From: Bacteroidales bacterium
Lineage (GTDB): Bacteria > Bacteroidota > Bacteroidia > Bacteroidales > JAADGE01
Assembly (NCBI GenBank): GCA_029934705.1
Contig: JAOZLS010000001.1
Coordinates: forward strand, 1-42,745
DNA: 42,745 bases
Direction: 5' to 3'
Made by a program: the position numbers and the translations under genes. Shown here piece by piece: positions 17,765 to 24,851 of the stretch (position 1 is the stretch's first letter; each line of letters begins with the position of its first letter). The notes beneath the pieces are model-generated. The model saw only the letters and a list, made by a program, of their open reading frames with translations, ran no database searches and had not been told where the DNA came from.

Positions 17765-19372
17765 ATGAAAAAAACAGTTAAAATACACATAAGTGGCTAT
17801 ATATTCACCATAGAAGAAGATGCTTACGACAAACTGGAAGACTGGCTAAAAAAAATATCAACTCAATTTTCCGACGAAGAAGGTGGACAGGAAATTATTG
17901 AAGACATTGAATTTAGGGTTGCAGAACTCCTTAATGACAGTGCTATTGGCGAAGAAAAAATTATTACTCTCAACGAAATAAACAAGGTAATAACAACAAT
18001 GGGAATGCCCGAAGATTTTGCAGAAGAAACAAGGGAAACAACACAAACAAGCCAAGCAACTGAGCAAAAGTCTAAATTCGACAAAAAAATTAAAAAAAGG
18101 CTATATAGAGACTACGACAATAGCTTACTAGGTGGAGTTTGTGGTGGACTTGGAGCATACTTTTCTATAGATCCTGTAATTATAAGAGTATTATTCGTTC
18201 TTGCATTCTTTTTTGGAGGTTTTGGTCCGTTAGTATATATAATATTATGGATTATTACTCCTGCTGCAAAAACTTCATCGCAAAAGCTTGAGATGAAAGG
18301 TGAAAGGGTTAGCGTATCAAATATTGAAAGAACAATTAAAGAAGAATTTGAAAACGTAAAAAAAAACATTATAAATCAAAGTAAATCTGAAAATTACAGG
18401 CATATTTCAAATACTGTACAAAATATTTTAAACTTAATTTTCGCCATAATAAAGGTAGGTTTTAAAGTATTACTATACTTTATTGCAGGAGTATTTATTT
18501 TTACAGGCTTTGTAGTTATTATATCGCTTTTTGCATTCTTATTTTTTCAATCGGCTCCTGATTTTATATCTGGAAACCAAAACATATCCGATATCAACCT
18601 TGCTTTAAATATCGTACCAATGCAAATGTCTTCATTTTTAGCACAATTTGGTCTTATTTTACTTATAGGAATACCTTTTGCATCTATTTTATACATTGGA
18701 ATTAAAATGATTTTTAAATTTAAAACGAATAATAAAATAATAGGACTTACTGCAACAGGGCTTTGGGTAGTTGGAATAATACTATCGCTAGGAACAGGAT
18801 TAAGCATTGCAAGCAACTATAAAGCAGACAGTAAGCAAATTAAAACATTTATTTTGAAAGAAACTCAATCCGACACTTTATATTTAGATATTTTTAATGA
18901 AACAGACGACGACTATATAAGTTCTGAGATAAATGCAGGAAACTTCAGTATTTACAATTCAAAAAATAAGGTCAAGTTATTTGGCGAACCTAATTTCAAT
19001 ATAAAAAAGAGTGATGATAACAATATTAAACTAAAAATTAATTATTACTCCCGAGGGAAAACAAAAAAGCAGTCTTCAAGAAACTTAGGAAACATAGATT
19101 ACAACTGGATTCAAAAAGACTCATTAATACAATTTTCGCCATATTTTACACTTAAAGCTCCTCAAAAAATATTTGGTCAAAAAATAAAAATGACTCTTTA
19201 TTTACCCGAAGGTAAGACAGTTTACATAAAAGACGGGATGTCTGATATTATTTATGATATAGAAAATGTTCAAAATATGTGGGACGGGAATATGACAGAT
19301 AAGTTCTGGATTATGACAGAGGAAGGGTTAAGTGTAACAAGCGAGGAAAACGAGGAAGGCGAGGGGATTTAA
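17765..19372 (+). CDS. PspC domain-containing membrane protein (long form) with an extracytoplasmic C-terminal domain
   Basis: LYRDYDNSLLGGVCGGLGAYFSIDPVIIRVLFVLAFF (PspC domain). There are further TM helices and a C-terminal soluble domain of about 190 aa. The N-terminal module resembles that of the 16738 gene. Confidence 0.85.
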   Translation: MKKTVKIHISGYIFTIEEDAYDKLEDWLKKISTQFSDEEGGQEIIEDIEFRVAELLNDSAIGEEKIITLNEINKVITTMGMPEDFAEETRETTQTSQATEQKSKFDKKIKKRLYRDYDNSLLGGVCGGLGAYFSIDPVIIRVLFVLAFFFGGFGPLVYIILWIITPAAKTSSQKLEMKGERVSVSNIERTIKEEFENVKKNIINQSKSENYRHISNTVQNILNLIFAIIKVGFKVLLYFIAGVFIFTGFVVIISLFAFLFFQSAPDFISGNQNISDINLALNIVPMQMSSFLAQFGLILLIGIPFASILYIGIKMIFKFKTNNKIIGLTATGLWVVGIILSLGTGLSIASNYKADSKQIKTFILKETQSDTLYLDIFNETDDDYISSEINAGNFSIYNSKNKVKLFGEPNFNIKKSDDNNIKLKINYYSRGKTKKQSSRNLGNIDYNWIQKDSLIQFSPYFTLKAPQKIFGQKIKMTLYLPEGKTVYIKDGMSDIIYDIENVQNMWDGNMTDKFWIMTEEGLSVTSEENEEGEGI

Positions 19373-19413
19373 TCATTTGATAAAATATTTTAACAAAACA
19401 CAAGAACTCACAG

Positions 19414-19469
19414 TTTTATGGTCATAACCACAAAAACTATTATAATTAAAATCTTTTTATGGTTGTAAC
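19414..19469 (+). repeat. Imperfect direct repeat TTTTATGGTyrTAAC, two copies
   Basis: ttttatggtcataac (19414-19428) and ttttatggttgtaac (19455-19469) are 13/15 identical, with starts 41 nt apart. They sit just upstream of the -7 box of the ATPase gene. Confidence 0.5.
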
Positions 19470-19492
19470 TATGGGTATTGGAAAATAAATAT

Positions 19493-19500
19493 TATCTTTG
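19493..19500 (+). promoter_or_regulatory. -7 box TAtcTTTG
   Basis: Exact TAnnTTTG match ending 20 nt upstream of ATG 19521. Confidence 0.45.
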
Positions 19501-19520
19501 TGCTTATAACTATATAAAAA

Positions 19521-20738
19521 ATGATTGATAGAATTGCATATTTAAACCAATTAATGGAATTAATTGATAAACCATTTATTAAAATCCTAACAGGGATAAG
19601 AAGAAGTGGTAAATCTTCTGTATTGCTTTTACTTAAGGAGAAGTTAAAGAAAAATAAAATTACAGAAAATCAAATTATACATATAAATTTTGAAAGTTTT
19701 TCTTTTTCAGAACTACTGTCTGCAAAGTCTTTATATAATTATGTTTCGGATAAAATTCAAAAAGAAAAAAAAACATATTTGCTATTAGATGAAATACAGG
19801 AAGTTGAACAATGGGAGAAAGTAGTGAATTCATTAATGTTGGATTACGACACCGATATTTATATAACTGGTTCTAACTCACATCTGTTGTCTTCAGAGTT
19901 AGCAACTTATTTAACAGGGCGTTATATAGAAATACCTATTTATACATTGTCTTTTGCCGAATATTTACAGTTTAATTCTGCATATTCTCCCGATAATAAA
20001 CAGTCAATTAAAAAAGCTTTTACTACATATCTGCGTATGGGAGGCTTTCCTGTATTGTACACCGCTAATTATTCCGAAGAAACAGCCTATAAAATAGTAT
20101 ATGATATTTATTCTTCTGTTATTCTTCGTGATACTGTGCAACGACATAAAATTAGAGATATTGAACTTTTGGAACGTGTTATAAAATTTGCATTTAACAA
20201 TATTGGCAAAACATTTTCTGGTAAAAATGTAGCTGATTATTTTAAGAGTCAGCAGCGAAAGATTGATATAAATACAGTATATAACTACTTATACGCTTTA
20301 GAAGGTGCATTTATTTTATACCGTACCCCTCGCTACGATTTAAAAGGAAAAGAAATATTAAAAACTCAGGAGAAATATTATTTAAGCGATATAGGCTTGT
20401 TTTATGCAACAATGGGTTATAAGGACGAAATGATTTCTGGAATTTTAGAAAACATTGTTTTTTTGGAACTAAAAAGACGTGGATATACCGTTTTTGTAGG
20501 TAAACAAGCCGATAAGGAAATAGATTTTGTTGCCGAAAAACAAGGCAATAAAATATATATTCAGGTAGCCTATAAATTAGAAAACGAACGAACTGTAAAG
20601 CGTGAATTTTCTTCGCTTTTGGCAGTAAAAGACCAGTATCCCAAATATGTAGTAACAATGGACGATTTCTGGAAAGAATCCGTACAAGGTGTAAAACATG
20701 TTTACATTACAGACTTTTTATTAGATCAATCTTATTGA
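19521..20738 (+). CDS. AAA-family ATPase with a C-terminal DUF4143-like (restriction-endonuclease-like) domain, COG1373-type
   Basis: Walker A GIRRSGKSS and Walker B YLLLDEIQ. The C-terminal segment EIDFVAEKQGNKIYIQVAYKL looks nuclease-like. Confidence 0.8.
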   Translation: MIDRIAYLNQLMELIDKPFIKILTGIRRSGKSSVLLLLKEKLKKNKITENQIIHINFESFSFSELLSAKSLYNYVSDKIQKEKKTYLLLDEIQEVEQWEKVVNSLMLDYDTDIYITGSNSHLLSSELATYLTGRYIEIPIYTLSFAEYLQFNSAYSPDNKQSIKKAFTTYLRMGGFPVLYTANYSEETAYKIVYDIYSSVILRDTVQRHKIRDIELLERVIKFAFNNIGKTFSGKNVADYFKSQQRKIDINTVYNYLYALEGAFILYRTPRYDLKGKEILKTQEKYYLSDIGLFYATMGYKDEMISGILENIVFLELKRRGYTVFVGKQADKEIDFVAEKQGNKIYIQVAYKLENERTVKREFSSLLAVKDQYPKYVVTMDDFWKESVQGVKHVYITDFLLDQSY

Positions 20739-21140
20739 TATTAGTTCGTTACTTTTTGCAAATCGGCAATTTAGAGAACTTTTGCAAAGTTATTATTTAT
20801 TGACTATATCACTTATTAATAATACTTTTAGATATTTACAAGTTCAAACTTTGCCAAAGTTTAACAAACCATTGTATTGATATTAATTTAAACAAATAAA
20901 TTTTGAAGTAATACCAAATGAATTTCAAAGTTGCCGAAATAAATTCAAAATATTTTTTTGTTTTACAATCTTAAAATTTCAAGCATAGCCGTAGCTATGG
21001 TTATAATTTAAAGTGAAATTCGGGAACTACAGTTTCCAACCTAACGGAAAAAACCCTGTCCCGATGCACGGGAATAACGAATTTATCGGGTGTTTTGAGT
21101 CAAACATTACTATTACAAGCATTTACATAACCACTATATA

Positions 21141-21168
21141 TAAAAAAGCCGTCAATATGACGGCTTTA
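21141..21168 (-). terminator. Rho-independent terminator of ilvE
   Basis: The minus-strand RNA reads aaagccgtca-tat-tgacggcttt followed by a U-run. The stem spans 21145-21154 / 21158-21167. Confidence 0.7.
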
Positions 21169-21191
21169 GTAATATTTTAATAAGTTTGATA

Positions 21192-22202
21192 TTATTCAAC
21201 TATATCAACCCATCCGAATTTATCTTCATCATCGCCATTCTGAATTGCAATTAATCTTTCGTATAATTTAAACGAAATTTCACCTGGAGATTTAAAAGTA
21301 TATTCTTTTTTATTATCGTCGTCGTAAATTGATTTAATAGGACTAATAACGGCTGCTGTCCCACAAGCTCCTGCCTCTTCAAAAGAGTCAAGTTCTTCTA
21401 ATACAACAGGTCTCCGTTCTGTTTTCATTCCCATATCTTCGGCTAATGCTAACAAACTCATATTAGTAATAGATGGTAATATTGATTCAGATTTTGGAGT
21501 AACATAAGTATTATCCTTTATAGCAAAGAAGTTTGCAGGACCACACTCATCAATATATTTTTTTTCCTTAGCATCTAAGTATAAAACATTTGCAAAGCCA
21601 CCATCATGTGCTTTTTCCATTGATGTTAAGCTAGCAGCATAATTCCCTCCAACTTTATATCGTCCTGTTCCTAAAGGAGCGGCTCTATCAAACTCGCGTG
21701 TTACAAGCATTGACACTGGGCTAAATCCTTCTTTAAAATAAGGTCCAACGGGTGTTACAAAGAAGATAAGCATATACTCTTCGGCAGGTTTAACGCCAAC
21801 TTGAGGACCTGAACCAAACAGCAAAGGTCTAATATATAAAGATGCTCCAGTACCGTAAGGAGGAACAAATCTCTTATTCAAATTAATTACTTTATGTGTC
21901 ATTTCTTTAAATAACTCTAAAGTAGGTTCCGCCATTAAAATACCTTTTGCAGAATTTTGCATTCTTTTTGCATTTTCCTCCGACCTAAAAAGTCTAACTT
22001 TACCGTCTTGCCCCATAAAAGCTTTCAATCCTTCAAAAGATTGTTGTCCGTAGTGCAATGCTGTAGCGGCCATGTGGACAGGGATGTACTCTGAAGAACA
22101 AACTTCTATTTCGCCCCATTTTCCATCTCGATAATAGCATCTTAAATTATAATCAGTTTTCATGTAGCCAAAAGGCAACTCACTCCAATTTATATTTTCC
22201 AT
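21192..22202 (-). CDS. ilvE: Branched-chain amino acid aminotransferase (PLP fold type IV)
   Basis: SFEGLKAF, ASLYIRP, TGRYKVGGNYAASL, ECGPANFF and GTAAVISPI motifs. 336 aa. Confidence 0.9.
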   Translation of the reverse strand: MENINWSELPFGYMKTDYNLRCYYRDGKWGEIEVCSSEYIPVHMAATALHYGQQSFEGLKAFMGQDGKVRLFRSEENAKRMQNSAKGILMAEPTLELFKEMTHKVINLNKRFVPPYGTGASLYIRPLLFGSGPQVGVKPAEEYMLIFFVTPVGPYFKEGFSPVSMLVTREFDRAAPLGTGRYKVGGNYAASLTSMEKAHDGGFANVLYLDAKEKKYIDECGPANFFAIKDNTYVTPKSESILPSITNMSLLALAEDMGMKTERRPVVLEELDSFEEAGACGTAAVISPIKSIYDDDNKKEYTFKSPGEISFKLYERLIAIQNGDDEDKFGWVDIVE

Positions 22203-22322
22203 ACACTTAATTATTATTTATTAAAAATTTAATTTCTCAAAAATATATATTTTAAATTAATATTAATATGTTATAAAACAAAAAAGAGAACTTACTATAA
22301 TGTAAATTCTCTATTTATTAAA

Positions 22323-23717
22323 CTAATCTTCTACAATTAACTCTTTAATTCTTTCAATCTGCATTTCTTTATTTACTAGACGCATGCTACGAGCTGTTTT
22401 TGTAAAAAACTGGTGTCCCTCTAAGAATTTAACTTGTAATTTATTCCATTCATTAAAAGACTCTATTATTCCTTGAACTTTAAGTTCTCTGTACAATGTA
22501 TCCGAAACTGGCACAAAATCTCTTCTACCAAGATAATCGAGGTCGGCATCGCAAATAATATTTTGTAATAATGTTTTTGGTTTGGGCGGTAATTCTGTTG
22601 CCATAATTATACCAGTAATTATTTCTATTTGCTCTTCGTCATAGCCATATTTTGGAAGAATTTCTCTTGCTACTCCACAACTTCTTTCTTCATGTCCTCT
22701 AGCTCCAACAACTTGACCAAAATCATGAAACAAAGCTGCAGTTTTTAACAATAACATTTCTTCATCATTAACGCCTTCACCTGAGCCTAATATTTCAACA
22801 CCTATTGTAACATCAATTGTATGTTTTAAGTTATGGTAGTATAAATGTTTAGGTAATTCTCGCTCTAAGCGATCTAATACATAGTCATTCAAATCTTCAA
22901 ACTTAACTATTTGAAATTTTGTTCTAAAATGTTTATTCGGAATTTTTCCCATATTATCAATAGATAATTCTGGTCTAAAGCCTTTAACAACATACAAAGC
23001 GGTGTCTCCTTTATATTTTATAGGCATTTTAGATTGATATTCGCAGGCAAAAAACTCTTTTACCAACATATAAGTTATTTCAGAAATACTTATTTCTCCA
23101 GGTTCGCAGGCAGATTCTATTCTACTTGCAATATTAACAGTGTCTCCTCTTACATCATAGGATATTTTCTTTTTTCCAGAAACACCTGAAGTTACTGGTC
23201 CAGAATTTATTCCAAAAGTTAAATTCCATATTTTTTTATTATTCTTTTCAGATTCTTCTTGCATTTTCTTTAAAAAGGCTTGCATTTCAAGGGCTGCAAG
23301 AATTACTTCGATAGGATTTGTTCTGTTTTTTTTAGGTATTCCCCCTGCACACATAAAAGTATCGCCAATTGATCTTACTTTTTGTATATTATGTTTTTCT
23401 ACAATTGTATCATAATATATAAAAAAGTTATCTAGCTCATCAATTAAGGCTTCAGCATTTAATTCTTCAGAAAGGCGAGTAAACCCCTTGACATCGCAAT
23501 ATAACACTGTAACCATTTTATATCTCAGAGAACGATTATTCCCCTTCAATTTTATTTGCCTTTTTGCATCGGTGGGCAAAAATGATAATAATTCAATATT
23601 TTTATCATTTTCTTCTCTTAACTCTTTATTTTGAGAAGCTAATTCTTCATTTAGTTTTTGTAAATAAAGAATCCTCTCTTCTAATATTTCAATTTGATTA
23701 TTACTTTTATCCTGCAT
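22323..23717 (-). CDS. Class III adenylate/guanylate cyclase domain fused to a C-terminal HD phosphohydrolase domain
   Basis: Coiled-coil N-terminus. Cyclase motifs are VTVLYCDVKGFT, IGDTFMCAGG and GDTVNIASRIES. The HD domain shows HNLKHTIDV...AALFHDFGQ...CDADLDYLG. The track start at 23843 is a TTG that overlaps a -7 box, so the first ATG (23715-23717) is preferred. Confidence 0.85.
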   Translation of the reverse strand: MQDKSNNQIEILEERILYLQKLNEELASQNKELREENDKNIELLSFLPTDAKRQIKLKGNNRSLRYKMVTVLYCDVKGFTRLSEELNAEALIDELDNFFIYYDTIVEKHNIQKVRSIGDTFMCAGGIPKKNRTNPIEVILAALEMQAFLKKMQEESEKNNKKIWNLTFGINSGPVTSGVSGKKKISYDVRGDTVNIASRIESACEPGEISISEITYMLVKEFFACEYQSKMPIKYKGDTALYVVKGFRPELSIDNMGKIPNKHFRTKFQIVKFEDLNDYVLDRLERELPKHLYYHNLKHTIDVTIGVEILGSGEGVNDEEMLLLKTAALFHDFGQVVGARGHEERSCGVAREILPKYGYDEEQIEIITGIIMATELPPKPKTLLQNIICDADLDYLGRRDFVPVSDTLYRELKVQGIIESFNEWNKLQVKFLEGHQFFTKTARSMRLVNKEMQIERIKELIVED

Positions 23718-23840
23718 CGAAAATTTATTAACACTGTTTACAAAAAGACAATTACTGATTACATTTGTGAAATACTGTTTAAAAATAAAAATAAAAAAGA
23801 TTAAAAGAGAACAAAAAGGAATTTTCTCATTATTTTTTTT

Positions 23841-23848
23841 CAAAATTA
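23841..23848 (-). promoter_or_regulatory. -7 box TAatTTTG (minus strand) for the cyclase-HD gene
   Basis: Plus-strand caaaatta is TAATTTTG on the minus strand. It implies a 5' UTR of about 115 nt before ATG 23717. Confidence 0.4.
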
Positions 23849-23889
23849 TTTTTTTTTCGATTTTTAGTTGAATTTTTAGTATTTTTTTT

Positions 23890-23897
23890 TAAATTTG
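23890..23897 (+). promoter_or_regulatory. -7 box TAaaTTTG for the USP gene
   Basis: Exact match ending 28 nt upstream of ATG 23926. Confidence 0.45.
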
Positions 23898-23925
23898 AGC
23901 AGAATACTAATTTCAACTATAAATT

Positions 23926-24747
23926 ATGAATGATAATAGACCAGTAATAGTTCCTTGGGATTTTTCAGAATTATCGGAGTATGCTCTCGAACATGCGGTA
24001 AATATAGCAAAAATGCTAAAATGCGATATTTTTTTAGTTCACATAGCAAAAAAAACATCCGATATTAGTTCTGCTGAAGAAAAAATAACAAATTATATTA
24101 ATAATTTCAAAAAGAAACATGATGTTTCAATCTTATCAATTGTTAAAGAAGGCAGTATTTTTTCTGAAATATCTTCTATAATTGAAGAAAAAAATGCGTT
24201 TTTTGCAGTAATGGGTACGCATGGAATAAAAGGAATGCAGAAATTTACAGGAAGTTGGGCTTTAAAAGTTATTGCAGGCTCTAAATCTCCATTCATTGTA
24301 GTTCAGGCTCCACCATCATCGGTTGGTCTTGACAATATAGTTTTTCCTGTTGACTTTAGTTTTTCTGAAAAAGAAAAATTATTATGGGCCGAATTAGTTT
24401 CAAGATACTTTAATACAACATTTCATCTTTGTTATACTGAGAATTCAGACTCATCAATTCAAAGAAAAGTTAACTCAAACATGATTGTTGCAAAAAAATA
24501 CTTAAATACTAATAATGTAAAATTTGAAATAATTAAATTAGACGGAAAAGAAATTGCAGATTCAGCTGTTGAATACGCAAAAAAAATAAACGCTGATATG
24601 ATTATGATTTCAACTACAAAAAATATTAGTTTCCAAGATTATGTTTTAGGAGCATCGGAGCAAAAAATAATTGCTAACAGAGAAAAAGTTCCTGTAATGA
24701 CAGTAAATCCAAGGACTGACCTTACTAAAACTAAAGGTTTAACATAA
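23926..24747 (+). CDS. Tandem universal stress protein (UspA-family) domains
   Basis: Two Usp-like halves are visible: IVPWDFSELSEYALEHAV...FLVHI...AVMGTHGIKG, and a second half ending MIMISTT...ASEQKIIANREKVPVMTV. Confidence 0.8.
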   Translation: MNDNRPVIVPWDFSELSEYALEHAVNIAKMLKCDIFLVHIAKKTSDISSAEEKITNYINNFKKKHDVSILSIVKEGSIFSEISSIIEEKNAFFAVMGTHGIKGMQKFTGSWALKVIAGSKSPFIVVQAPPSSVGLDNIVFPVDFSFSEKEKLLWAELVSRYFNTTFHLCYTENSDSSIQRKVNSNMIVAKKYLNTNNVKFEIIKLDGKEIADSAVEYAKKINADMIMISTTKNISFQDYVLGASEQKIIANREKVPVMTVNPRTDLTKTKGLT

Positions 24748-24764
24748 GAAAAACATACTTTTAT

Positions 24765-24797
24765 AAAAAGCTGCCTTATTAGGCAGCTTTTTTTTTA
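24765..24797 (+). terminator. Rho-independent terminator
   Basis: Stem agctgcct (24769-24776) pairs with aggcagct (24781-24788) around loop tatt, followed by a T9 run. Confidence 0.8.
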
Positions 24798-24817
24798 CTC
24801 AAAATTAACTATTTTCT

Positions 24818-24825
24818 TACCTTTG
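24818..24825 (+). promoter_or_regulatory. -7 box TAccTTTG for glyQS
   Basis: Exact TAnnTTTG match ending 26 nt upstream of ATG 24852. Confidence 0.45.
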
Positions 24826-24851
24826 TCCTCTAAAATTAAAATATTACACAA

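Noticed and set aside
20311-20658. 115-aa antisense ORF inside the ATPase gene, downstream of a minus-strand -7-like box at 20785-20792
   Set aside because: The peptide looks non-protein-like and is entirely embedded in a strongly supported CDS. The promoter-like box may drive at most a non-coding antisense RNA, which is covered under the orphan-intergenic finding.
20980-21110. tRNA, tmRNA, RNase P or SRP RNA in the GC-richer intergenic segment
   Set aside because: I could find no T-loop (GGTTCGAAT-like) sequence, no acceptor/anticodon geometry and no conserved RNase P or SRP motifs on either strand.
9679-22202. Genomic island or mobile element spanning the accessory-looking genes (nuclease, MORN, exosortase, ATPase)
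   Set aside because: There is no integrase, transposase, tRNA attachment site or flanking direct repeats. By eye, base composition is not clearly different from the housekeeping flanks.
22323-23717. Pycsar/CBASS-like anti-phage cyclase system
   Set aside because: There is no adjacent effector with a cyclic-nucleotide-binding, TIR or TM-effector architecture. The cyclase is fused to HD and carries an N-terminal coiled coil like housekeeping signalling cyclases. The neighbours are ilvE and USP. This is kept only as a low-probability alternative.
23718-23843. N-terminal extensions in the ORF track that begin at TTG (also 8736-8744, 9567-9602, 27353-27388, 36683-36694)
   Set aside because: The first codon in each case is TTG, not ATG. 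An in-frame ATG follows that gives a normal-length protein. In two cases (dapD, cyclase) a TAnnTTTG box lies within or on top of the extension. The hydrophobic 'TM-like' peptide of the cyclase extension is just a translated poly-T/A promoter.
23833-23890. T8/T9/T9 homopolymer tracts in the divergent cyclase/USP promoter as phase-variation switches
   Set aside because: Poly-T/A runs of this length are frequent throughout this AT-rich window, so a single sequence gives no evidence of length heterogeneity.
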